A stretch of DNA of 64,000 nt from Takakia lepidozioides (lineage: Eukaryota > Plantae > Bryophyta): the NCBI GenBank assembly GCA_030704615.1, contig CM060733.1:76384001-76448000 (forward strand). Direction: 5' to 3'. Position numbers and translations under genes: made by a program. The notes below the pieces were generated by a model. The model was given only the letters and a program-made list of their open reading frames with translations, made no database searches and was not told where the DNA came from. This document shows, piece by piece, positions 33,301-44,507 of the stretch (position 1 is the stretch's first letter; each line of letters begins with the position of its first letter).

Positions 33301-34004
33301 CAGGAAGATTTGTCCATGCAAAGTTTGCGGAGGCGACAACCACCCAGTTCTGGTTCTGTAGGCACGACATTATGACTTGCGTGTATGGAAAGCCCAAGTA
33401 CGGCATACAAACAATGCCAGAGGCTCCCCCGGTGTGGCCGGTGGAACCAGGCTGCGATCTGAGTCAGGTTGAGGCCGACGCCCTTACCGCCGCAGGATTT
33501 CGGATGGTGCAGCGCACTGACGTCCCCAGACAACCATTTCCGCTTCCACAGCCTCCACCACCGACCCCTGTGAGAGCAAGAACAATGGGACCCGACAGCT
33601 CTAAGCATCCTACACACCGTTGGGGGAAACCAAAGAGGCGGCGACCTCCCTCAAAAGTGAACAAGACGAGGATGGGGAATGCACTTCGGATGAACTGTAC
33701 AATCCAGAGCTCGACAGAAGTGCCCCCACCAGGCTTCGGGCATGTGTATCAGATGGCCACGGCAAGCTCAGCTGTTCGCAATGAGGTGTACACCATCACC
33801 ATTTCAGAATTACCCACCTGCAATTGCACCGACTTTCAGATCATGGCGAACAAGGGGGCATCATACTGCCCTTGCAAGCATCTATACTACATGTACCTAA
33901 AGAGACTCCGGTGTAATTCCACAACTCATCACTTCATACATGCACCAGGGTTGAGCCCCCAAGAGGTGCACACTCTTCTGAATATGGATCCAGGGGACCA
34001 GTGA
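30397..34004 (+). CDS. MULE/Mutator-type transposase with GCM-like Zn domain and SWIM finger; exons 30397-32490 and 32574-34004, about 1170 aa, open
   Basis: CAGKLRC...CAHC...C..C...HVGVHCHP; putative DDE residues in VMFDH, FMADN and NTNMAESVH; CGFH (CxxH); SWIM CNCTDF...CPCKH; in-phase GT-AG intron. Confidence 0.88.
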
Positions 34005-34729
34005 CCTTGGCTTGCGGTCCCAACACAATGGTACGCCCATCCTTTTCGGATAGTAGAACTGTACTGCTGCAACTAGCTCTGACTCTGGCCACAGAAAGGT
34101 CCGACTTATGTCTTGCCTACCAGTAACATGTTTTGCTCGAACGTCGATAATACTATGTCATTCACTCGTGTTTCCACGTGCATGTATTTTTGTGTGTTGG
34201 AGGGTTCCTGTTTTTCTGCTCTCCCAAACTTTGCTTTCCTCATTCGACCCCCGGCAAGGAAATGCGGCGCCGCATTTCCAAGTAACGTCGTAGGTACTGG
34301 TAGATGCGGCAGTCAGCAACACCAAACCGCCCAGAAATTTCGCACGTGCGAACCCTAATGCGGCACCGCATTTCCTAGTTCACTTGCAAAACTTTCCCGC
34401 CAAATACTAGAAGATGATAGAATTGTGCAGACTCTATTGGTTCAGTCGCGGCAAAAGGGTCAGCTTCATTCCAATGTTAAGGCATGTAAAACCGCGGAAT
34501 ACTCTATACAGGCCAGTATGCGACGTCCTTTTGCCGTGGTATACTGGATTTGTCGTTGCACGGTCACTCATTTCCATGAGCGGATCTAAAAAACCATGAG
34601 CGGAGTTGTTACTGACGACATATCTTTGCCGCATTACAGGATCCGTAACTTCCAAAAACGGCAAGGTCAAATATAAAACTATTATTTTAGTACTTGTTTA
34701 ATCAGCCGCATTTCCAAATTTGGAGGAGT

Positions 34730-34834
34730 CCGCTCATGAAATCCGCGTGTCTTAGACTTCGGCTCACCGCTCATGCGGCTCATGCGGCTCATGGCTCATG
34801 GCTCATGGTTTCTGCTCATGAAATAGTAAACCTC
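34730..34834 (+). repeat. Element terminus with clustered GCTCATG subterminal repeats
   Basis: gctcatgcggctcatgcggctcatggctcatggctcatgg...gctcatgaaatagtaaacctc; same sequence at 53040-53144. Confidence 0.85.
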
Positions 34835-34836
34835 GC

Positions 34837-35160
34837 GCAAGTCAGCTCAAGAAAGATGGCTATGGATTGAGGACTATTGCTGGAGCCACGGGGCTGAGAA
34901 AAGCGCGCAACAGTGTCAGGACAAGTGGGAGTCACTAGCATCCGAGTTCAAGAAGGTGTGTACTTACGAAAGGATCAATCCAGGCGGGGTTAAATCGTAC
35001 TGGCAACAATCCCATGAGGAGAGAAAGAACAATAGATTGCCTGCCAATTTCCGTAAGGAGGTCTTCCACACCATGTCCGGCCGGTATGGACGGAATAAAA
35101 CTCTTGACCCTGGGGAGCTTGCTGTGGACACGTATGCAACTCTGCAGCCTGCAGGTCACC
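34837..35160 (+). pseudogene. Trihelix (Myb/SANT-like, ASR3/SH4-type) DNA-binding domain fragment
   Basis: RWLWIEDYCWSHGAEKSAQQCQDKWESLASEFKKV...SYWQQSHEERKNNRLPANF. Confidence 0.8.
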
Positions 35161-35759
35161 GCCACTCTTTGAATTCATCCTCTTCCTTCACCATGCTGTA
35201 ACTTCCTCTTTGTGTTGTGGTGAAATGCAAGGCTTTTGTACACCTAATTTACAGGCGAGAAAATCTTAAAACGACTCCCAGTAGGACGTGAGAGATATTC
35301 TGGGAGATGATCTGATTGAATGGGTCCCCCTTACAACAACTGTTGGTAGAGTGTTCTAGCCCTTTGTTGTCCTCGAGCAAATGCACTATAACATATGTCT
35401 AGAACGCCACAATCTGTACACGGTGAATGGGAACCAGATGGTTATGTTGGAGAAGGCCGGTTGTGGTCACACTGTGACTCAGTAAGTTCATACCAAGATT
35501 TATATGTTACTGTGGGTGTAAGTGTAGAATGGTGGGAGGTTAGCTATTTCATGAGCATGAGCGGCATGAGCGGAGTAGCAAGACAATCGGTTTTCATGAG
35601 CAGAAGTACAAATTCTGGATTTTTTTTTAAAACATTATTTTAATAGAATGTGTCAGAAAAAAAAAACCAATATATTATTCATTTTTCGAAGGGAAAATTG
35701 TAGTTTTGAGATCCGTGCTCATGATATTTCGTCTTCCACTCATGCGAATTCCGAGCGAC

Positions 35760-36155
35760 ATCTGCAAAAATGGCGCCGAATTTCGCGGCAATAGGGTCCG
35801 CAACCGGAAAACTCTCCGACATTTTTCGCGGTAGTAGGTGTCTCCGGCGAAAAATGGTGCCGAATTTTGCGGCTATAGGTCCCGACATGACAGGTGTGTA
35901 AGCCCAAAATTTTGAAATGTGGTGCCGATTTTCGGTACATGGTGCCGGAGATTGCACAGATGTTGGGCAATTCTGGGCCATGTAACTAGAAATTCGGCGC
36001 CATTTTTCCAGACATGGTTCCCGTGCATGTTGGGACTTAGCTAGTTTTCGGCCCAAAACAGGGAAATTTGGCGCCATTTTTCCAGACATTAGTGCATGTT
36101 GGGATTTAGTCAGTTTTCGGCCCAAAATAGGGAAATTCGGCGCCATTTTTCCAGA
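35760..36155. repeat. Dispersed GAAATTCGGCGCCATTTT-type imperfect palindromes (about 6)
   Basis: Copies near 35766, 35850, 35915, 35990, 36063 and 36132. Confidence 0.7.
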
Positions 36156-36311
36156 AATAGCCCCACAACTGCTACTGTTGGAACTCAGTTTTCTGGAATA
36201 TTGCCTATCTCATTCCAGGAGTTTTGGGTGCATTTCATTACACTGCAAAACAAAGTCTAATGCATCAAAATGCAATTGAAAATATTCATATGGTGGATTC
36301 CCTTTGCCCCA

Positions 36312-38785
36312 TCAATGATTTCTGGAATTCCTAAGGAGGAGTTTGTGCAACTCGTTCACGCTCAACGCTGGTGCATGAATAAAGTCATCAATAGTCAAGT
36401 TCATCCTCAACCTCTTCAGGTAAATGTAATACAAATGCTTGCACGGATAATACTTTGAATCCTTCTTTGCTTCCACCAACGAGAAGTCCGTACAATTGCA
36501 AGTCGGCTCCACTCCAATCGTAATTGTGTATACGTCGTCGCGTACAGCCGAGCCGGCCGTTGCCATCCGATAAACATGCCCAAGGCCGGGTAGGGGTACG
36601 TCCACGGTGCTCTGAATAGTGCAAGCCATCCCAAGAGCATTGGCAATCCGAGTCTCATTCAACTTGTTGGGAGGGTGTCGTCTCTTCACTCTTCCGAATC
36701 GCATTGTGGGATGTGCAAAATTGTCCAATCCGTCTCTATTGGACCGAGAAGTCTGCAATGGCTGGGTCTAAGGAACTAGAAATGCGTGGGTCGGGACGTC
36801 TGTGCGTTGCACCATTCAAAATCCTGCTGCAGATAGAGCATCCGCCTCATTCTGAGAGAGGTTGCAACCCGGTGCAACAGGCCAGACGCACGGAGACTCC
36901 GGCATTCCTTGAATCCCGTACTTGGGCTTGCCAAATACACAGGTCATTATGTCGTGCCTACAAAACCAAAACGTCTGCGTTGTGGTGTGAGCAAATGTGG
37001 GAGTCACAAATCTGCCGCTGAAACAAGGTGCAAGTACAGCACCATGTGGGTTCCTCCGAATCATCTCACCACAGCGTGCTCTCGTATCCACCCGGATGGC
37101 GCAACACTTCCCTCGAAATGCCGACAATGTCCTTGCAATTCTCCACTGTGACTTTGACACTCTTGTCTCCACAATGGGAATGTTGTACTGCTTTACTACA
37201 GATGGCTCGTTATGTTCCCTGGGCACGTGACATGTGCTCAAAGGAGATGACGATCTTGAACGTGCAGGACTTGCGGTGCTCGACGAGACCTCCTCGGGCA
37301 ACATCACGGGACCATGAGGGAGCGTGCGAATATTCTTGTCAGCTCGCCATGAATCATCTTCTCCGCCAGGTGCCTCGTCAAGTCTTCGTCTCACTGGACG
37401 GGTGTGAACATCTCCTTCCAAGTGTTGGCCTCTTCGAAGCAATGGCGTGTCCCGAAGGCCCTTTCGCAAGGCGGCCGCCCACTTCCGAGGATTCTTCGAT
37501 CTGGAGGCAGTCCGCATCAGCATTTCCTGCCTGTCCGGCCCCAAGCCCCACTGTTTCCCTTTTAAGAACTCGTTGTATCTGCATTGCTGCATAATTGACC
37601 TCATAATGTCCTCCGTTGTGGCAGTGAGGATGTCCACCAAATGCGCCGCAGAGGAGGCACGCTAGGAAGAATGCACTGATTCGGCCATGTTTGTCGTCGG
37701 CATGTCGGTGTCGGAGTCTAGACACATTTCCTGCACATGCACATGTTGAGGTTACAAGCAAGTTACAAATAATGGGTAGCATAATATTCAACGGGACGCG
37801 AATTCGTCCAACTTCACCTCCCGCATATAGTCACCAAACTGGAGGAAACGATAATGCCACCATGCTAGCCAACTGACCATTGCTCCCTCGTCTGATTTCT
37901 TTACAGCACCTGACAATGTCCACCAAGCCCGTATACATGCAAACTGTGTCTCTGCATCATCCAAAGTGGGAGCACGCTTCCACGCAAGACACATGAAACG
38001 GTGCTCCTCTCTGAAATATGACGCCACAAGCCTGGTTGTGTACTGCGACAAGCTCTGCAGAAAATGGAACCCACAAGATCTCTCATTGCCTTCCATCGGA
38101 AAATTGGGGTCTTGCCCATACACCCTTCGGATGGCAGCCCAATTTGCTTGTGCGTTGTCCGCCATGAAACCACGGAAATTGGGAGGGGGCAATCCCGCCC
38201 TGCCCATCTGTTCATTTATTCCCTGCCAAAGAAGCATCTCCGATTGTGTGTCCTCTCCTTTTATCTCACAAATAGCAATTGTCATTAGCATCATGCAGTG
38301 GGTGTCGTAGACATGTGCACCCATTGTCACCCACTGGTGATTTGTAATTTGCTTGATATGGTCGAACATGACCCAACTGTTTGACAAGTCCCCACTCGTA
38401 ATCCGGTCAACCAGTTTGACGCCGCTGCCAGGCCCACACGTTGACATTTTGAATACAAAACAACAATCCGCCTCAGTCCCTTGTCCTGGAAACCTACTTC
38501 CATGAATGTAGTCATATCCACATCGTCGCTTCACCTCCAGAATGGAGTGCTATCCGAACCACGCCCAATTTTCTGTTTGCATGAGACAATGTGGTTTCAA
38601 ACATTCGGTGAACAGACGTGGGACACTGACTCCAGCAATGCCTCCATTTCCTTGTCATCGAGAGGAACTCTGTCGGAGCCGTCTTCCGACATAATTCTGG
38701 CCAATGCCATCTTATGGGCGGCCTGCAGCTGTATCTGTTTGGGTTTGGCACCAAGTCTCAACTTAACCTCCTCCTGAACGAGCTG
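36312..38785 (-). pseudogene. Paralogous MULE-SWIM transposase, 5'-truncated, with stop and frameshifts
   Basis: WVMFDHIK, FMADNAQ, CGFH, TTNMAESVHSS* (W to stop at about 37662), CNCTDF...PCKH; same intron position as copy A. Confidence 0.88.
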
Positions 38786-39933
38786 CCACTAGAAGCATTC
38801 GTGTCATTTACGACTGGGGTATCGACTCATTTTGAGTCGTAAAAGTCAAAAAAATGGGATCGACTGGAAGTTACAAATGACTAGTTACAACAGACGTGGT
38901 AGTTGGGTTGGACATCCAATGATTGGAGTGGTAAAGGACGCAGACGCGCGAACAACTGCTCAGCGATTAATGCGATTAATGCGAAAGAACCACGTGGCGT
39001 AACCAGGCTGGCCGCCCGTGTGTCTGACCTTTTGGGCTGACTTTGACTTCTCCCTCCGGATGGGTGGACTGACTCACCGGGGCGCGGTTACACATAGACG
39101 CGGACGTGGATGCGGACGTGGACGCCGATGTGGTGGCGTCGCGACGAGCAGCAATGCTACCGCGTGGCCACGGGCCGAGGACGCCACGTCGCAGTCGGCC
39201 ACATAACTTGGAGTGTTGCATGTCATGTGGCAACAGCGACTGGCAATGTCAACTGCACAACTGCCGGCAGACGAATCCACGGGGATCACGTGGAGAGTGT
39301 GTGGGTCGACACGTGGCGTCGTCCCCATACAATGGCAATGAGGGGTGCGACTGCTAGTAGAAAGACGCAGAGTGGTTGTGCCCTCTCGGGACTTCTTTGG
39401 CCAATTCCGCTGCCACTCTGCTAGTTGGAGGCACTACACTAGGAGGGCGGCGCGGCCTGACCGTTGGATAATGATGTTTGTTCTGACGGCAGGCGTATCC
39501 TGAACGATTCGAATTTCGTAAGGACGCAAAGTCCACAAGGAGACACGTTCCTCCAACCCTTTCGAACCCAAGTCCTCATCACCGCCGTTTCATCTTCTTT
39601 TGTCGTGTTTCCTCAGTCACCCCTCTCGCGCCCTTTCCATCTGCACTCTTCGCCCCTTTTCCCTGTCTCTGTTCTTCTTATGCTCGAACCTGAGAGGGAG
39701 GGAGTGCGTGCACCAGAGAAGAGACATCGTCGCAAGCTCCGAAAATTGTACTTCGGACGTAAGCCAATGCCGAAGGGGAGGAAGCAGATGCGTGTACAGG
39801 AGGAGATTGCCATCTCGCAGCATCAGGCCACGTAGGCAACCCAGCCACGAGTGAGAGCTCCGTGCTATCGGGATTCGCCATCTGATCGATCACCGAAACT
39901 CGCCTCATTTTTCTTCTGCAATTCTTAGACTGT

Positions 39934-42900
39934 ATGCTAGGAGACTTGACTGCAGAAGATGTTTGCATGCCTAACCGGAAAGGTGGACGTGCTGGAGGGA
40001 TCGCAGGAATCCGAAGAGCCGCAGGCAGAGTCCATGGAGCTAGCTGCAGCTTGCACACCCATCCGATCCACGAGCACGGGTCTTCCTGCCGGTCCTAGCC
40101 CTTTGTGTTTCAAGGACGCGGCTTCCAAGGGCAAGTCTTTGCAGTTCAAAGCCCCAGAGACCGACTCGCCTTCAAAGGTCATGGAGAATCGCTAGCAGGG
40201 GTCTAGCCCTTCTCCAGCAAAGACGAAGAAGAAGCAGCCCGTCCTTCAACTTGTTTCTGAACCGGACCTGGCCGTTTTCCCCCCACCCAGGCGAATGAAG
40301 CAGATTCAATTGCAGCAGATACCTTCACCTGCAAGAATGAGGAAGCACAAGGCAATCAGGGGGAGGGCGGAGCAGTCTCCCGCAAAACCGATTCCACAAG
40401 CTGAAGCCCAGTTCCTGCTTGATTTCCAGCCTGCTGCAGCGAAGGCAATGGGATCGACAGTCGATCTGGTACCGGAGGAGGGTGCTGCCTCTCAACGTTC
40501 TCAGCAAGACCTGACCACAGTTGAGGAAGACCTGACCACTGAAGGCCCGGAGGAGGCCTCTGCAATTGCACAATTGTCCGCAAAGATTCTCCAGAGTGCA
40601 GCTCCAGTTGGGGATGCTCAAGCTGCTCAGCCCCTACCGCCACCAGCAGAAATGTCTCCGGAGGAATTCCAAAGTGCAGCGGACACAATGTTGGAGGAGA
40701 CACATAGTAGCATTGGCAGAGTTCTGGGCAGCAGGGTATTCCAGCGGACTCTTCGAATCCCACTCTGACGCATGGTCTCCCTTCCCATCGTCAGGCATGC
40801 ACTTCCCGGAGATGTGGATAAGCTCAAGTTCGCATTTCGAGAAGGGTACCGTCTAGGTTCGCCAGCCTTCTACGTTTCCCTTGAGAATGAGGACGGCGAA
40901 TCTCGTGGACCCACTGCGGAGGAATTGTCAACATGGGATACCCACTGGCACACTCGCAACGACGAATTCGAGGCAACCCTGAAGGGTGATCCCGACTTCG
41001 GCCATATGTCGGGTAAAATGTTGTTTGTGTGGGACGAGAATCACCGACTTCTCACCTGGTGGGAGTACATCAAGCAGAACCATGCCAAGCACATTGGCTG
41101 GCATTACATGGTGGAGTGTGTCATCCTCAAGGTGAAGGCGGCAGATTCCTCCCTGCTCAAGAATGCCATGGCGGACCTCAACTTGTAAGATACTCATACC
41201 CTCCCAAGCACGTTCGAAATGTGGTGCCGCATTTCGGTTTCCAATCTGTTTTGTTTCCGTGCTTTCGTGGACTGAACTGGAGAGTGTGCCTTGCAGGGTC
41301 ACTGAAAATGCGTACGTGCATACCCACATGGCACATATGCTGTACAGGGTGAGGAAAACTGGTCTCACTGATCCGCACATGTTCGCGGAAATGCTGGAGC
41401 CCGAGCTCATTCAGAAAGCCGTGGCAAAAACTGACCGGACATGGTATCGTCTCACTATGGATGGAATGGTGGAGGTGATATACGAAGTAAGTCGTCCTCC
41501 CATTTCCCTCTGCTCATCCTTCCCCAATTTCCGGTAATCTTTCCACATGAATCGAATGTAACGCTTCTGCATGTTTTTGTTGGCAGTCAAACATCAAGCT
41601 GGATTTGGCCCATGCCAAACGCTTCTTCATGGAAAGTGAGGGGCAGGTCAAAACGTTGCAGTCATTGACTGAGCACTTGAAGGAAGCCGGGGTCAAGTCC
41701 AGAACGAAATACAAGTCAAAGCTTGTGAAGCTGGTGGCCATTGCAGATCCGGCATTTGGAAAGGACTTCATCCCCGAGATTGCAAAACACTATTCTCGGG
41801 CCATGCAGCCGACCATGCAGTTGGAGAAACTGCATCACCTCTCAACGACATGTGTTGAAGCGAAAGAGAAGGTGATGTTTCAATTCACTGAAGTTCCTTC
41901 CTAGCAATAGCCACTCTTCTTCCTACTCCTGACATTGGATTGGAAATGGCAGACATGGTGGCTGTCGATCTGGAATGCATCGGAGAGTATAAGGACAATG
42001 TGGTCTTTTCCACTCAAAGTTTCCGACCCTGCAGTGGATGTGTGGCTCAACCGCATGTCTTGGTGGTTCCAGGTAATTCAAGGTACTTCCCCAGATTTGC
42101 TTTTCTGATCTGAAATGAATTCCCTGAACTGCTACGTGACAATGCATGTGGGAATTGCAGGTAATGACGAATGCGAAGGAGCAAGTCGTAATGCATACAA
42201 ATTTGTTCGGCTTGTACGTCAAATGGGATGGAACACAGACATTGGAAGACTACGTGACACGTTTCAGATGTGCTTCAAGGACAACCCCTTTGCCAGGGAG
42301 CTACAGACAGCAAGAAGGAGCGTGGAGTTTACACATCAGGAGGGAGCGGGAAAAGCTGCAATGCGAATTGTTTACAGGTGAAGCCCAGCTGTCCTTTGTA
42401 TGCAAAGCATGGTAATGAGGTTCTGGGAAATGCGGCACCGCATTTGCATTTTATGTTTTCGGTTGCACTCTGCGAGTACGTTGGTTTCAACTTTTGCTCA
42501 CGCATGCTGACTGCCTTGCAGATATATGAAATACGTGCTTATTCAGACAGGGGCCCTGGCTCAAGAGCCCCCGTTCTTCATGGCTTGGACCGTGGCGGGC
42601 CCAAGCTGTGTCTACACACCCGAGCTGCAGAAACAATGGTATGCCGCGCATCTGGTTGGATGCCCGTGGTACCTGGACATGTCTGGCGGAATTGTTGACG
42701 ATTCTGAGAAAGATCTGCACGTGAAAGCAAAAGAGAAGAGAAAGGAAAGACGTGTCCCTGCTCGGCCAGAGTCGGCAAATGAAGCTGCTGCTCTGGAACA
42801 ATCCAGAAAGGCAGCTGAGATGGCACAGAAGACGGTGGATGCAGCTGTGTAGGCTCAACAGAAGGGGTCGAAGAAGCGGACTCGCCAGCAAGGAGCAACA

Positions 42901-44490
42901 GTTGTGACACCCAAGAAAACGAAGAAGCAGAAACAGATAGTGCAGGTAGAGGGTGAGGAAGAGGACTCCGATGGAGACTTTGCAACCAGCCCACCCCCCG
43001 AGACGCAGCCGAAATCCCCTGTGCCCACCGTTGTCACGAGAGGGACGAGAACTGGCTCGGCAAAGAAGGCACTCTTCAACCCCCGGGGGGGCACCCTTTC
43101 GAGCCGGTGGAAATGAAGAGGCCGAAAGTGGATCCCGATACAGTAGTCCAGTGTGTGAATGAGAGTTTCTTGGCGGCTTTGGATGGACGGGCAGCCAAGT
43201 TGGCATACATGAAGACCACGGAGGGTCTGAAGGGCAGAGCACTGAAGAAGGCGGCTGCCGAAGAGCCTTCCGACACCCCCGGGTTTCTGAAGATGGTCTC
43301 GTTCTTTGAGAGGGTGTGTGCAGACAAGGATTGCAGGAGGGGCGGAAATGCCACCGATTGGTCTTGCGATATGATCATCTTGGATATTCCAGACGGAGAG
43401 CCTGTGGAAGGACTGCAAGCTTTGCCATCTTGGAACAGGTACTCCGAGGACTTTTGGAAGAAAGGATTCGGGCTCGCCCGCATGGTGTTGGACGACAGAG
43501 GCTGTGTGGTTGTCCTGGCGAGCAGAGGCAAAAACACGCAGACAGGAATTGCGAAGTGGACCCGCAAGAGCGCCGTCCCAATTCTGAAGAAGAAGTGGAC
43601 GTGCATCAACACATTGGGCCTTCGGTCGGAAGGGAAGAAGGTAATTACGACCTTGGCACTCGTCCGCTCATTTTCTTAGGAGTCTTGAAATGCGGTGCCG
43701 CATTCGATTTCTAATCGTTCCCCACTGTGTATGCAGACGAAGCAGTTCGATGCATACTGCTTTGTGAAGGAGAACTCCACCTTTGCTTTCCGGAAGGAGG
43801 GATTGTTGGTTGACCGAACTGCGACCCCATCGATTACGACGTCCTGTTCAACAACGTTCCCACGGAACTCCTCCCTCATAGCCTCACTTCAACTGAACCC
43901 CTCGGTATTCACGCACTCGCCCTGCCTTCATTCAGACAATTATGGAGACATGCACTGACGTGGAGGGCACAGTGCTCGACCTCATCTGTGTGGACAGGTA
44001 TGCAGAATCTTGTTGTATGCTTTTCTGCAAACTCTCGTTATGCTTTCATTCGCAACATCTGAAGGGCCATGTCATAATGTGTGATGGCATTGTAACAGGT
44101 GCCTCCATGTGGGCTGGGCGGTTCGACCGCACCTCTTTGCCTACGAGGGAGGACACAGCGTCTGGGATCCCATCTGGAAGGGCTGCAACGGAATGTGAAG
44201 GCTCCCATCGAAGTCAAGGACTCCTCGGATTCGTCGGAGTCGGAGGAAGAGACAGTGGACATTGATGCCGAGGAGAACCCGGATACGGATGTGAGTGCAA
44301 ACATTGTAAGTTTGCAAAGCCTTCTGGGTGATTTTTGTCAACGCATTTCCGGACTGTGGTTCTCATTGGTCTCGTTGGTGATTGTTATATGCAGGATTGG
44401 AGGATCCGGGTGGAAACATGTAAGGCCTACACTTCCTGCCAGAAGAATGTTCCCGTTTGCGAGGCCGACTTCATGACGAGCCCGTGAAGG
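39934..44490 (+). pseudogene. Multi-exon gene: low-complexity N-terminus, ParB/Srx-like domain, helical region and beta-class N4C/N6A DNA methyltransferase-like domain
   Basis: VWD(E/G)NHRL; CDMIILDIPDG (motif IV-like); ARMVLDDRGCVVV; SPAFIQTIMETCTDVEGTVLDLIC(GT)/GASMWAG (motif X-I-like, needs a 1-nt indel correction); stops and frameshifts present. Confidence 0.7.
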
Positions 44491-44507
44491 ACTACTCCCT
44501 TCCTAGT

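Larger units (their letters stand above)
28478..34834 (+). mobile_element. Mutator-like element copy A (left-truncated): palindrome array, transposase and terminus
   Basis: Colinear with 46778-53144; both end in ...GAAATAGTAAACCTC and then diverge. Confidence 0.88.
35536..44507 (-). mobile_element. Mutator-like element copy B-left (inverted): terminus, paralogous transposase and ParB-methyltransferase gene
   Basis: Starts GAGGTTAGCTATTTCATGAGCA, a 20/22 match to the reverse complement of the 34834 and 53144 termini, followed by CATGAGC repeats. Confidence 0.75.

Noticed and set aside
38787-39443. CACTA element (cactag at 38787, cactac at about 39432)
   Set aside because: Both motifs are in the same orientation, with no matching TAGTG end or 3-bp TSD.
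2354-44506. 42-kb Helitron (TC start, weak hairpin, CTAG end)
   Set aside because: Not at an A|T target, 8 bp of target is missing, the hairpin is weak, and there is no Rep/helicase.
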